From the NCBI RefSeq assembly GCF_009914755.1, contig NC_060926.1: a stretch of DNA of 64,000 nt. The stretch is one strand, 5' to 3'. Source of the stretch: the human T2T-CHM13v2.0 reference genome, Homo sapiens. Below the pieces are notes generated by a model that made no database searches, was not told where the DNA came from, and saw nothing but the letters and a program-made list of their open reading frames with translations. Below, in pieces: positions 24,986 to 38,583 of this stretch. The position numbers were made by a program, and so were the translations under genes. Position 1 is the first letter of the stretch, and each line of letters begins with the position of its first letter.

Positions 24986-27425
24986 TAATTCCAACCCCTT
25001 TCCCTTCCAGCCCTCTAGCGTGGGCTTCTATGCCATCTTGCACCCCTCTATCTGGAGAACCACAACGGCCTCCCAACATGTCCCCTTGCCTCAAGCTGCT
25101 AACCCATTCTCCTCCAGAGACCAGTGTGACAGGTCTTGAAAGCTGATCCTGTCTTTGCTCCTAACTCCCCGATGCCCATCCCATGATGTCCTCAGGAAGA
25201 AGTCCAAACTGTCTGAAGAAGGATTCAAAGGCCCTGTATGTCCTGGCCCCTGCCCGCCTCCTCAGCCTCTTCTGAGACTCTCCACCCGCTGCTCCAGCCA
25301 CGCGGTGTACACACCAGGCCCTCTGTCTGGAAGGCGCTTCACAACCTTTCTGCCTTTTCCCGCGAGGCTGTAGGTCTAGCTTAGTTGTAGCTTTCTCCAG
25401 GAAGCCCTTCTGAAATGCTGCACACACCTCCTTCACAGCACATATGACCCCGCAACAGGAGGCTAGTCTGCAGCGCCTCGAGGGAAGAGACTGGGCCCAT
25501 CCACATTTCTATCCTGAAGACCAGCCCAGAGCCAGCATCTAGGAAGCACCCAGTAAAGGTGTGGCCAATGAATTAAAGACTGGATGAATGAACAAATGAT
25601 GTTAACCAGCATATTTGACATCTGAAAAGAATCTCCCCTTAAATGCAAGACCCTACGAAGGCCAGGGCCAGGTAAAGCAGAGGCGCGAAGGGGAGAAGGC
25701 GTGGAGGGAGTGGGGCAGCTGCATGGTTCCCTGCTTCCCCTGGAGCTCCCCCTCCCACTTGGGGTTCCTGCCTGCTGCTGCCTCCTGGCCCTCTCTGACA
25801 GGCCTTGGCAGGAATAAAACCCTCCGTCTGTTCTTTATGAGCTCAGAAGAGACGGACTAGAATTTTCAAAAATAGCCTTCTAAGAAATTGAAAGGAAATA
25901 CAACAACAAAAAAGCATAGGAGAGTCAATCTGCTTAGAATCCTGGAAGAGGCACGGACTGCCTTCCTGCACCTCAGATGATCTCCTGATGGATGGGCCCG
26001 GCTGGCCGGGCATGCTGCCTGGGTTTCCCCCGCCTCTGTTTCCAGCAGCCTGGACCCTCTCCACAGAGAGTGTGAGCTGGTTGCTCCTACCCAAACACCA
26101 GCGCGCAGTCCATGCCAGGACACAGGCCAACACCGCTTTTTCTGCCCCCAACCCTCTCCCTGGAGCCCTGTAGGGCCTGGCTCCGGGCCCACTCAAAGAG
26201 CCCAGTGAATGGCAGGTCTGGAGCTCAAGGCAGGCCCTGGCCTTCCCCACCAGGCTGGCAGCTCTGCCAAGGTTCCCAGTCATTCAGAGCTAGAAGCCCT
26301 CAGTTACTCACAGTTCTGGCCCTTCTCAGACAGGAGCCCCCTAAAGAGCCAGTTTCCCCATCTTCCTCCACCATGGAGGAGAAAGGGGACAGTCAGAGAG
26401 TGAGGGGCTGCTAGTGCCCATCTGATGATGCAGACCCCACCCCTCTCACTCCACATTCCCCAAGGCTCTCTCTGCTCAGGCCAGCGAGTTCCTGATCACA
26501 GGAGCCCCCACCTGCATATTTTCATTCTCCCCCACTCACTGCCATGCCCTGGCCAGACCCCTGGATCCCTCTCCTAAGTCTGACCCAGATGGGGACACTT
26601 TTTTTTCCACCTCTCTTTAGCCAAGCAAAGTTGGAAGTCATCAAAAGGAGTTTACTAGGAAACAAAGGCACATGGTGGAGGGAGGAAAAGTCCATGCATG
26701 GAAGCAGGATGTTTGCTGGGCACAAGTTCTGAGCCTCTGGGGGAGAAAAGCCCCTCAGCCAGGACCCTCGGGGGCAGCTCTGTCCCCGGCAGCAGGTCCC
26801 TGTCCTTCCCCACCAGAGACCCTCAACTTGCCCCCATTCAGGCCCAGCCTCCACTAAGCTGGGGCTCCGTCAGGCGGGCTCCAGCAACGAGGCAGTGCGT
26901 ACTATGTAGAAGCAACTCAGTCTTCTTGCTGACTAACTGGGGTAGGCAAGGGCTCTGGACTGGACAAATTCAGCTTTGAACCTGGCTCTGTCCATTCATG
27001 GCTGAATGGTCTTCGCTGAGTCCTTAACCTTGCTGACCCTCAGCCTCCCTGTCCATGAAAGAGTCTAGAGAGGAGTTTCCCACAGGATTGGAGGAGAAAA
27101 GACTTGTAAAGCGCAGGTCCTGGCATGCAGCAGATGCCCAGTGAATGTGTCTCATTTGTTAAGTTATTAAGGCCACTATGCCCAGGCTCCATCAGGGCAG
27201 TCCCACCGCTTCTGAGCCTATCACCGTGTCTCAGCCGGTGACAGGCCCGGAGTCCTGCTGGCAACCCCAGTTCCACCCTGGCCTCCACAGCCGTCAATGT
27301 GAGGTCCACTCTTCACAGACAGCAAGCAGCCAGGCCACCACGGGCAAGAGAGTGCAGCTCTTGTTCTCCTTCAGCCTCTAGGCACTTGTCTCCCAGGCCC
27401 CCCAGTGGCCCCCTTCAAGCCATAC

Positions 27426-27554
27426 CAGTCCAGGGACACCACTCCGCTGTTCTTCAGGGCCAGGAATACCACGGAAGGTGGGGCCTTGAATGGTGCGGCC
27501 CCGAAATTGAAGTCAAGCCTTAAAGGGGTGAGGACGGGGGGGATCTGGCTCATG
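27426..27554 (-). CDS. CFAP65: CFAP65 exon 21
   Basis: MSQIPPVLTPLRLDFNFGAAPFKAPPSVVFLALKNSGVVSLDW; 129 nt. Confidence 0.94.
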
Positions 27555-27880
27555 CTGTGAGGAACAGAGAAAGGGGTTCAGAGATGGGGATGGGGCCAGG
27601 GCAGGGCCCTCCCAGGGATGGCTGGCTTGGGCACTCCCCTCCCTCCAAGTGGGAACTGGAGAATCTGGGACTCAGGCGCAAGGGTGGGCTGGCTCTTCAG
27701 ACCTCAAGCCAATTCTTCCCTTCCCTGGGCCCCTCCAGGGATGGGCGAGAACTGGGGAGCTCTTCCCTCAAAGAGATGGGAAACAGCTTCCTTGTTCTGG
27801 GAGTCTGGGCAGAAAGCTCCATGAACATCCCTAGATAGGCCCTGCCCCCAGCCCCCACCCCCACTCCAGGCTCAGCTCAC

Positions 27881-28094
27881 CTGTGCCGGGTGGGCACCTT
27901 GTAGGTGAGCTCACAGGGGGTGGGGTCACGCTCCAAGTAACTGTTAAGCAGGTCCAGAGAGAAGAGGCGCCACAGGTGCTTCCGGGTGATACCCTCAGCA
28001 CTGCCCATGGAGCTGACATCCAGGATGGAAAGCAAGGGGTACACGGCCACCAGGGAGACGCAGCACAGCTCCTGCTTCTCCCCAGCCTTGTTAT
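27881..28094 (-). CDS. CFAP65: CFAP65 exon 20
   Basis: NKAGEKQELCCVSLVAVYP...TYKVPTRH; 214 nt. Confidence 0.94.
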
Positions 28095-28349
28095 CTGGGG
28101 AGGGGGGTGAGGAAGACAGAAGTGGGCTTGCCTCCCACCTTCCCTGGAGGGGGCATGCAGGCCAAAGGTGCAGGAGTCCTGGGCAGTTGGCCCCAGGACC
28201 CTCATCAGGAGCAGTGGACCCCTCTCGGGCTCTAGGGCATTTCCAACAACAGCCAGCCCTTGTCTGACACTTTCTGTGTACTGGGCATTGTCCTCAGTGC
28301 CTTATACACATGCCTGCACTTAATGTGTACCGTGATTTGGTTTCAAACT

Positions 28350-28712
28350 AATTTTTAATAACAGCTTTATTGAGACACCATTATATACTGGGTAATTTAC
28401 CCTTTTAACACATACAATTCAGTTTTTTTTTTTTTGTATATTCACAGAGTTGTGCAACCATCACCACTATCTAATTTTAGAAAATTTTCATCATCCCAAA
28501 TAGAAGCCTAGTACCAATTAGCCATCCCTCCCCATTCACCCTCCCCAGGCAACCGCTAATCTACTTTCTGTCTCTCTCTGCCTATTCTGGACATTTCATA
28601 TAAATGAAATTATTCAATATGTGGCTTTTTGTGACTGGCCTCTTTCACTTAGCATAATGTTTTCAAGATTCATGCAAGTGGTGGCAGGTATTGACTTCAC
28701 TTCCCTTTTCTG
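28350..28712 (-). mobile_element. Old L1 (L1MB-like) 3' fragment
   Basis: ACAGCTTTATTGAGA...TTCACAGAGTTGTGCAACCATCACCAC...CACTTAGCATAATGTTTTCAAG. Confidence 0.75.
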
Positions 28713-28737
28713 GCCTGTGTGACATTATGATCCCCAT

Positions 28738-29067
<330 letters not shown>

Positions 29068-29526
29068 TGAGACATGTGGAAACTGAGCACAGGGAGGTGA
29101 AGCAACTCGTTAAGGTTACAAGTGCTGGAGCCAGGATCCAGTTCCAGAGCCTCTGGCCCCAGTCCACACTCTCAATTTCCTCTCTGTGCTGCCCTGGACT
29201 CCTTCCAACCTGCCTGGGGCAGGCTAGTAAGTACTCCATTTTACGGAGAAGGAAGATGAGGCCCAGCGAGGCTTGGGGGCTAAGATTTCACAATAAGTCA
29301 GCACAGCTCCTAACTCTTTGCACTGGGCACATGCACATATGGACACTCATCTGGACAGACATGTCTGGTGTGTGGCATTTATGCCAGACACCAAAGGCAC
29401 ACCTCAGCACACCCCACTCACCCTGCCAGCTCTGCCTGACGCTCGGCATCCACTGCCTCACACAGCCCTCCCCCTTCATCCTGCATTTCCCCGGCCCCGA
29501 CTCTCTATGCCAGGCAGTCTAGGTAC

Positions 29527-29655
29527 CTCTGTGGGAAAGGAGAGAGTAGGTGATGGTCCAGGAGTACTGGGACCGCTGCTTGGGACAGGCAGTCAGGCAG
29601 ATGGTGTCCTGGGACCGGGGTGGCATGCTCCCCTCTGTTCGGTCCAGCTGCAGAG
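29527..29655 (-). CDS. CFAP65: CFAP65 exon 19
   Basis: LQLDRTEGSMPPRSQDTICLTACPKQRSQYSWTITYSLLSHR; 129 nt. Confidence 0.93.
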
Positions 29656-29929
29656 CTGCTCAGGGATGATGCCGGAGGGTCAGTGGGTAGAGGAGGCCCA
29701 GCCATTCCTCCTGCTCCTTTGTAGATACCCTTCCCTGGGCACCAGGGGAGGACAGCAGGCCCTGAGGCAGGAAACAGGGAGTGGAGCCCCTCCTCCCAGC
29801 CTGGGTCAGAGGGACCACACCTAACTTTGTGTCATTGGCACCTGCTAAGCACTTTTCCCCACCTAGCAGCCCTGTGAGGTAGGTGCCACCTGGTGCCCCT
29901 TTTAACAGATGAGGAAGCTGAGGCTCAGA

Positions 29930-30084
29930 GGTGGGGTCTCGCTATGTTGCCCAGGCTAGAGGGCAGTGGCTCTTCACAGTTGTGATCATAGTGCACTGCA
30001 GCGTGGAACTCCTGGGCTCAAGCAATACTCCCACCTCAGCTTCTTGAAGAGCTGGGACTACAGGCGCGTGCCAGTGTGCCCAGC
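29930..30084 (-). mobile_element. Monomeric Alu (FAM/FRAM-like) within a MIR relic
   Basis: Single reverse monomer following ACAGATGAGGAAGCTGAGGCTCAGAG. Confidence 0.7.
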
Positions 30085-30154
30085 AGGTTAACCGGTCTTA
30101 ACCAGTACCTCCTCCCACCTCCCCTGGCCCCAGTCCCAGCTCAGGCCCAAGTAC

Positions 30155-30305
30155 CGAGGGGGTGGTTGTCAACGGCCTCAGGGCTGCCCTGCTCCAGGTA
30201 GAGGCGGTAATAGAGGGTGCAGTTGCCGTCATTCAGGAGGACAAGGAACCTGGACTGCTTGCTGTTCACCAGCACATTCCCAAAGGCCAGCTCCTTTTCC
30301 TTTGC
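30155..30305 (-). CDS. CFAP65: CFAP65 exon 18
   Basis: AKEKELAFGNVLVNSK...AVDNHPL; 151 nt. Confidence 0.94.
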
Positions 30306-30545
30306 CTGGAGGCCACAGTCAGCCAGCCGGGAGTGGGAGCTCCTCCAGGCCCACAGCCCCACTCTCCCAGCCCCATTTTCAGAGCATCCCCCAAGGAAGG
30401 GCAAGTTTGGGGTATCCGGGGCAGAGGGCTCCTATCCTCTGCCCTCTTGGCCTTCCCTCCCACCTTGGGAGGTTCCCTGGGGCCTTCCCTCCCACCTGTC
30501 CGGGCCTCTCCCCCAGCCCCCTCCTGCCAGAGCCCTCCCACTCAC

Positions 30546-30704
30546 AGAGAGGCTGCTGGTGAGCCCAACGCCCACCAGCCGGAGCATGTAGTGGGTGGTG
30601 GCAGCGGGGTTGGCATTTGGGGACAGGCCGGCTTCCCAGACCCACATCCCCACTTGGAACAGGTACTTGGTCTCCTCCAAAGGGCTGAAGGTCCACGTCA
30701 GCGT
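30546..30704 (-). CDS. CFAP65: CFAP65 exon 17
   Basis: TLTWTFSPLEETKY...GVGLTSSLS; 159 nt. Confidence 0.94.
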
Positions 30705-31581
30705 CTGGGGTCACAGAAATGATCCCTGCAGTGGCCTTCGGAAGCCCCTCCACAGGTACCTGGCCATCCGAGGCCCCATGGCAGGGCGTCATGCTACGTT
30801 AGCCCTTTCTCAGAATCTACCCTATGCCAGGCATTGTACACGGCACATGTATGGAGTCTCCCCAATCCCCTCAATCCTATATCCCCACGGGGTCAGTAGT
30901 ATTATTTCCATGCCTCATTTTCTGATGAGAAACTGAAAGTTCAGAGAAGTGGGGTCCCTTGCCCAGGGTCAGACAGTAGTGAGGGTGGGAGCGGGATGTC
31001 AACATTCCAGGCCAACTCCACAGGCTATGAGGCCTCTTGTCCCCCCGAGGGGCTGTCCCCTTGGCTCTTACAGATGCCTGTGCTGGTGCTTCTTGTCCCA
31101 AGTTTGGCCTCCCCAACCCGTCGGTAAGGTTCTAGACTAGGGACAGGGGTCTGCTATTTTGAATCCCAGCCAGCACCCCCACTGTGACTACAGTCTCCTT
31201 CCTCACCCTCACTGGTGGCTGGCCATTTGGGCCCAAATCCAGCTGCTGCAACCCACCCTCCCAATGACCTCCCAGCTTTGGGGACCATGGATGGGGAGGT
31301 GACATGCCTCTCAGGCCTGGCATCAGAAACACTGGTTCCAGTCCCAGCCCTGCACGGCCTAACTTATGATCTTAGTAAATGGCTTCCCCTTCTCAAGCCT
31401 CAATTATTTGTAAAATGGTGGGGGGATGGTGAGGGTAATAATAACACCTCATCGCCAGGTGGGGGAAGTTACTGTGGATGGAATTGGGGGCTGCACATGG
31501 CAAGTCTGGGCTATGATAGGCACAAATAAGAGATGACAGAAGTGAAGGTTGCCGTCACTCGGCAGGAGGGGAGCCACTCAC

Positions 31582-31806
31582 AAGTCTCTCGTTGGGCTGG
31601 ATTAGCCCCCTGGAGGGCTGGACAGCCAGCAGCTTTCGATGCTGCTCAGAGACCCTCCACTCGAACTGCAGGGGCAGACGCGAGGGGTTGCGGAAGGTGA
31701 AGGGGCTGGTGGAGGAGCAGCCCACCCAGGTGGGCTTGAAGTAGAGGCTTTTGTGGGTGTCCAGCTTCAGCTGCAGTGGCTCCTCCCGGCTGTACATGCT
31801 CACCTC
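31582..31806 (-). CDS. CFAP65: CFAP65 exon 16
   Basis: EVSMYSREEPLQLK...LIQPNERL; 225 nt. Confidence 0.94.
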
Positions 31807-32389
31807 CTGGAGCCAGAGGAAGAAGGGCAGTGCCCTGACCTCACTCTGCAGTCCCAGCCCCCCACAACATGTCCAGGAAGCCATGGCTAGGCAGCTTTCC
31901 CCACTTGAAGCAGGCAGTCAAAGGCCCTCTGCCAGCCCGTGTACCGGCAGTTTCTGTCAAAAGCAGAGTCAATGGTGACTGGCCCAGGAGATAATTCTTG
32001 AAAAGAACTCAGGGACTGAGAGAGGATCTATAGACCATTCCACGGGGCCAGACATGGGCCCACCATCTCAGAGTCTATTGCTGGCCTGGACCCAAATATC
32101 CCTCTACCACCTGCAGGTGTCTTTTGCCTCCCCCAGATCCTTCCTCTGGGTTCTCTGCACCCTCTTTCTTGGCCTCAGACCCCATAAGGGGGACAGGCAA
32201 GGCCCTGAGGGGTGGGAGAGTTGTTCACAGAAGTGGTCAAGCAGGTTCTTTCCCTACTATGCTACTTCCTGGAGGAGAAGTGGCCCCCTGGAAATCTTAG
32301 GGGCCAACCCCAGAATATGGCCTTGAAAAGGGTGGTTCAAGATTATGGCCCATTCCCAAGGACCCAGGTCCCCTCCCTCTGCCTCCTAC

Positions 32390-32635
32390 CTTGAGATACT
32401 GGGGGGAAGCATTGCACTGCAGATAGAAAGTGTGCTGCTTCCAGGAGCTGCCCTCAGGGTAGGTGCAGATGAGGATGATCTGGTGGGCCCCGGGTGCCAC
32501 AAGGCCCGAAGTGGGCCGAAGGATGACGTCTGAGCCTCTCTGGGGGGCCAGGCTGAAGGTCAGCAGCTTGCAGTCTTTGTTGACCAGGAGCAGGCTGCGG
32601 TAGGTGGGCTCACCGGAGGACACTGCTGGAAATAG
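32390..32635 (-). CDS. CFAP65: CFAP65 exon 15
   Basis: LFPAVSSGEPTYRS...NASPQYLK; 246 nt. Confidence 0.94.
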
Positions 32636-32982
32636 CTGGGGGTGGGAGAGGAGGAAAGCGGCCCCCCGCTCAGACCTCCACCCTGGGACACACACTCAGG
32701 GCCCTATGGGGGCTTGGGAGGAGCTGTCTCCAAGTAGATCAGAGGTGCTGCCCTGCAGCCCAGTCAACGCCCTGGGAACGGGGAATTGAAGGAGGCCACG
32801 AGCTGACACCAAAGAATGCTTTTGTTCTCCAGAGACCTCCAGAAAGGGGCGGGGGGGGGGCAGGGGGGCGGGGGCACAGGCCCCTGGGAAACTCAGGCCT
32901 CCAAGGCCGTTCCTCAAGGATAAAGTAGAAATTGTTTCATTTTAGGGTGTCTTTGCATCACTCTTTGGAGAACTCATTTTCA

Positions 32983-33355
<373 letters not shown>

Positions 33356-34396
33356 TCATGCAGGTAACTGATGGAAACTGGCCCAGATAATCTCAGCTCC
33401 CAACACTCTTCAGGTATCCAGGGTGTGGCCAGCACCAGCTGAGAGCTGAGCAGGCTGCAAAACACAAAACCTGCAATCCCTGACCAGAGGTCCCCATCAA
33501 GCTGGGGTGACAGTGCCTGTGTGTTAGCCGGTGAGGGAGTGACGCCAGATCTTCTGGGCTGCATAAAGGCCACAACCCACCAGGAGGAACTGCCAAGGGA
33601 AGGGGGCCGAGGGAGACATCGAGGGGGACTCTGTGAGGCAGGAAGGCCTTTGGGAAGCAGCTGCCTCTAAGCTGAATCTTGGGGTGGTATATGTTTGGGA
33701 TAGGAGGGCAGAAGTGTAGGTGGTAGGGGGAACAGAATCAACCCAAAGCACATTGTCCCAAAGTGGTGCTTTTCCAGCAACCAGAAGTCTAATGCAAAAC
33801 CTCCAGGCGATGGAGACTGGAGGAGACATCAAAGGTGAAACTGGATTGGAAGCCGGCGGTCTGGCCCCAGGCTCTGTGCTTTTCAGCCCTATGTCCTCTT
33901 GCTTGTCAGGTCAGGCAGGGCTTCTAAGGGCCTTGGGGTGGCCTGGGAATTATGATCTCCTGAGGATGGGGCTGGCTCTGCCTCTCATAGGGCAGGGTGC
34001 TTCCCAAAGGCAGGGGCTGCTGGTGCGGCTGTCATATCCCTGGGCCCGAGCCCAGGACTTGGGGCACCCAGGCATTCAGTAAACAGGACACAAACAAATG
34101 CAGGAGCTGGAGGGTTTTGAACCTGAGAGTCATAGGAGCCAGTGAGTATTTCCAATGGAGCAGCAAGGGGCCAGCTGTCCAGGATCCAGACTCTCCCCAG
34201 TCCCAGTGTCGGGGCCCAGGAGCAAGTCCTCAGCCGGCCCAGATACCCAGAATTGGCACAGCGGACGTGGGGACAGCCAGGGAGGGTGCAAAGATGTGTT
34301 TCTGAGGCCATCAGAGAATGGGAGAGGGATCTGCAGGCCAAGGCAGAAGCTAGGGCTCCCCTGTCTCCCTCCCACTGCTGTTGGGGCCACGCTTAC

Positions 34397-34534
34397 CTTG
34401 GGGACATCTAGGGAATACTGGGGGATGTGGTGCTCAAAGCCAGCGAAATAGCTGTGGCCTCGTGCCCGCACCGTCAGGCACCAGGATGGGCACATGGTGC
34501 AGTCCTCCTCAATATTACTGTAGCTCTGCAGGAC
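34397..34534 (-). CDS. CFAP65: CFAP65 exon 14
   Basis: [15 protein letters not shown]...YSLDVPK; 138 nt. Confidence 0.94.
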
Positions 34535-34821
34535 CTGCAGAGGGGCCAGACCCACGGAAAAGCTCAGAGTCCTGTGTCTGCCCTGTGGGGCACCCCATTT
34601 TGCCCCTCCTTGCCCTTGTGCTGCAGGAGTCTGACATTGGACACAGACAGGAGGGCCTCCCTGGGAAGACAGTGCAGAGAACAAGAATCCCAACCCAGCC
34701 CCTCCTGCGGGGAGCTAGGCCCTGCATCCATATAGCAATGCTCTCTTTAGTCCTCACAACCCGGGAGGAGGGTGGGGCTGGGATGTGAAAGCACCATTCA
34801 TTCTGTAAGAATGAGCCTAGA

Positions 34822-35148
34822 GAAGCGCTGGCCAATAGAAATATCACGTGAGCCACAAATGCCAGCCGCAAATGTCATTTTAGATGTTCAGTAGCCACAT
34901 TAAAAAAGTAAAACACGTGAAGTTAATGTTAATAGTATATTTTATTTAACCCAACAGATCTAAAATCTTATCACTTTAACATATAACCAATATAAAATTA
35001 GTAACGAGGTATTTTACATTCTTTTCATACTAAGTCTTGAAATCCAGGGTGCATTTTACACTCACGGCACGTCTCAATTGGGACCAGCCACATATTAAAA
35101 GCTCAGTAGCCACGTGTGGCTGTCAGTGGCTGTACTGGACTGTGCAGG
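34822..35148. mobile_element. MER33/MER3-like hAT DNA transposon
   Basis: GCGCTGGCCAATAGAAAT...TAGTAGCCACATTAAAAAAGTAAAA...TACTGGACTGTGCAG. Confidence 0.75.
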
Positions 35149-36024
35149 TCTAGAGCCTGTAACCTAAATATCTGACAGGCTGAACCTCAGCAGAGCCAGG
35201 CATCTACAACCTTATTCCTACAAACCTCAACATCACCCCACTGCCAGAGCATTAGGACGGGGGCAACCAAAGCCTCCACTTTGGAAAGCCTCCTCAAAAG
35301 ATCGGACGTGGTCCCAAGTTTAGAGATGAAAAGATCAGGACTCAGAGACATTAAGGAACTTGCCCAAGGTCACATAGCTGGTAAGTGACCCTGATCTTGA
35401 CCGCACAGCCCTACTTTTCTCTGGGCCCCAAGACCTTGGCCTCTGGGCAAGGGCAGTGGGGTGGGCAGAGTCAAGAAGGAAGGGATGGGCAGGACTAACG
35501 GATGAGGAGGGGGCACCACGCATCTGGGGCCAGAACAGCAGGGCTGGGGACAGCCGGCACTCGGAGTTCCCGACCCAGGGAAGCTGAGTCAGAAGCCCTT
35601 TCCATCACAATTATCTGGTGCTGCTGACTTTGTCTCTAGGCCCAGCTTCCTGCCCGCTCAAAGCTCCTTTAGAGTGACCACTTCTTAATTCAAGGACTAG
35701 TAGAGAAGCTAGGAGGCCTCCTAGCCAGGAGCCCCAGGGAGTATCTCCCTGTGCACCCAGTTTTCCCAAACAGCTTGATCTCAGCTGAGTTCTCCCTTGG
35801 AGGGGAGGGGAGACTTACATAAGAATGAGAAAATCAGATGGGCCGAGCTAGGCCAGGAGCTTTGGAGGAGACAAACTCATAGGGGTCACTGTCCAGCCAA
35901 GAGAAAGCCTGGCACGCAGAGGATGGAGCCTGAAGCTGCCCTCGGTCACTTCCTGCCACCCCACCAAGCCACTCAGGCTCCTAGCAGAGACCCCGCATTC
36001 CTCCCTCTCATTGCGTGCACACAC

Positions 36025-36384
36025 CTTATAGATGGCGAAGGCTTCGAGCTCCACCGTGTAAAGGCAGTTGGGGTGAGGCGGCTGGAAGTGCAGGCGCATG
36101 GCCATGGACTTGAGTGGGGGCACGTCGCAGCTCTCTGGAGTCACCCAGAAGGGGCAGTCAGACCTTCGCGTCCAGACCACCATGATCTTGCCCTTGGTGT
36201 GGTTCATCAGGCACAGGGGTACAGGGTTGGGGGCCTCAGGCCCTGGGCAGGCACCGAAGTCTACCTCGACAGGCTCTACACTGATGGGCGGGGGGAAGAT
36301 GGTTATGTCGCTGGTGCCGTCGAAGAAGAACTCGGTCATGGGGGGGATATAAGGGTACTGCGGGGCCGGCATGTCCTCCAGATC
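36025..36384 (-). CDS. CFAP65: CFAP65 exon 13
   Basis: DLEDMPAPQYPY...ELEAFAIYK; 360 nt; weak donor GTGTGT. Confidence 0.94.
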
Positions 36385-36575
36385 CTGCATGGGGAAAGAC
36401 AGGTGGATAGGGCTCAACTGCCATTCCTCTTGCTGTTGCCCCTCCTGGGTACACTCCTGTCTAGAAAGGCTACACCAGTCGCCCTGACTACTAATGGTGC
36501 CCATGGGACCCTGGGGGCATGGGATTGCCCAAGAATCACTAGAGAAGGGATATGCAGCTGGGGAGGGCACTGTAC

Positions 36576-36776
36576 CTGGATGGGAATCATGAGAGCCCCG
36601 TTCTGGTCCTGTGCCAGCTTCTTCTCCTTCAGCATGGCATCCAGGATGTCAGGGGGGTAGAGCGTCAGGCCCCGGGCCAGGTGTGTGCGGTACCAGGTGA
36701 GGTGCTGAGGCTTCAGGATGGCTGGCTTGGTGCTGTCCGAGTGGCAGGTCCCCATCAGGTCCAGGAACAGTGGGTC
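36576..36776 (-). CDS. CFAP65: CFAP65 exon 12
   Basis: [14 protein letters not shown]...GALMIPIQ; 201 nt. Confidence 0.94.
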
Positions 36777-37777
36777 CTGTGACATTTGTCTGTGTGTGGT
36801 GGGGCATGGGAGGGGTGGTAGGGCAAGGGGGGTGCTGGGGGTTGAACTGAGGACAGAAGCTGGGCAGACAGGATAACAGAGGCAGTGGGGCAGAAGCTCC
36901 AGGTGGCCAGTGAGCAAGCACTCAGCAGTGGTCTGGCTCAGCCAGGGCACAGCAGGAGTCCAGGGAAGGTCAGGAGAGAGCACCCCGGTCCTTAGGACAC
37001 TCAGCCATTACCCACCCTTCCTCTCTGCCATGGCCCCTGGGCATTCTCCCACCCACCCTACTGCCAGCCCAGAGGCCTGCCAAACTAGAATTCAGGCCCT
37101 CCCAAGGGAGGAGAATATGGGGGGCTGCCTCATCAGGCCTCCCTCTGGGCTTCTGTTCTTTCCTCCATTTCCAAGGCCTCCCCCAGCCCATACTAAACTG
37201 TCACAAGAATTAGAGAAAGGCACCCATTCCTCCAGGTACACAGACACAGCCCAAGCCTGGGCACCAGCTCAGGGAGGGATCATGGGTTACATTTCAGCCC
37301 CGTTTGCCATCTTGGCCAGGCACCTGCTGGTCAGGGCACAATGTGTCTGATCATGCCCAGGGACCTAGGGTTGGGGTCTAACTTGAAAGCTCTCTGCCCT
37401 ATGCATGCTATGTGGGGTGGCTCCAGGGAAGAATTAGTCTGTGAAGTCATGGAAGGCAAAGAAAAGGCAAAGCCTGCAGGGCTCAGCGGGAGGGTGGGAG
37501 GCTGCGAGTCCAAGCCTCCCTCTCCCAGCCCATGAGCACAGCAGCAGCAAAGCGCCTGGCCTGGTAGCAGGGCAAGACTGGCACAGAGTGATCTGCCCTG
37601 TGCCCAGGCTGCACACTGGCTCCAAAAGCCAGGGCTGGGGCCCAGGAGTGGGAGACCACCAGGCAGACAGCCCTAGAAGTTCCAGAATACAGGGAAGTGC
37701 CCACCAAGCCTTGTCATCATCAGTGGGCCCCAGGGGAGCCCCTCCTCCCTCAGCCTCATGCCCTCCCCACGACTCAC

Positions 37778-38043
37778 CTGGTGGTGGATGAGACAGGCCA
37801 CACGCCGAAAGCAGATGATGGGGTGAGTGGGCTGGAAGGCACAGTGCAGGGTCATACGGGCCTTGCCCACCAGCGTCCCAAAGGCAGGCCTGATGGTAAA
37901 GACACTCTCCAAGCAGTCGATGGCAAACTGGAAGTGGGCCGTGCAGTCCGATTGGTTCTCAATCCACAGGGGCTGCTCGGAGCGCTCCCCAAGGTTGACC
38001 CAGCTGAAGTTGACACAGTAGTGCTGCAGGGACACAGCAGGGC
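37778..38043 (-). CDS. CFAP65: CFAP65 exon 11
   Basis: PAVSLQHYCVNFSW...VACLIHHQ; 266 nt. Confidence 0.94.
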
Positions 38044-38226
38044 CTGGACACAGGAGATGGGGTATCAGCTTCCCCAAGGATATCTTAGACAAAGTTCCAC
38101 TGAAGGGAGGTGGTACTCTCAGGGCCAGGCTACAGGCCCAGAGCCCTGGCAGCCTGAGCAGAACTCCAGCATCACTGGATGCCAGTGGGACTGGGATCTC
38201 CAGGTAGTCACGGATGATTCCCCACA

Positions 38227-38245
38227 GGGCCACCAGGGGGCAGCA
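38227..38245 (+). promoter_or_regulatory. CTCF core motif in CFAP65 intron 10
   Basis: GGGCCACCAGGGGGCAGCA, near-consensus. Confidence 0.7.
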
Positions 38246-38360
38246 GACACCCAGGCTGAGGCAAGGTGGCCCCGCCTCCTAGGAGCAGGGAAGGAGCTCT
38301 TCAGAATCCTCAGCAGGGGCTGCTCCTGTCCCCAGGGGAGGCCCCTGGGGTCACCGGTAC

Positions 38361-38583
38361 CTCTACAGAAACCAACGACTTTAAGCAGGGTCTTGGAGGC
38401 ACAGCCAGAAGGCATGATGGAGCAGTAGTCCACAGTTCTGGTGTCCAGAGTCTTGGGGTGGAAGAACACCGACACACATTTCTTCTCTCCCGGAAGCACG
38501 ATGCCATGGGCCGTGGGGCATGAGAAGGCCTGGTCTTCGGCCAGTTCATCCGGGGAAATTTCAATCCTGAAGGGGGCATTTAC
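38361..38583 (-). CDS. CFAP65: CFAP65 exon 10
   Basis: VNAPFRIEISPDE...KVVGFCR; 223 nt. Confidence 0.94.
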
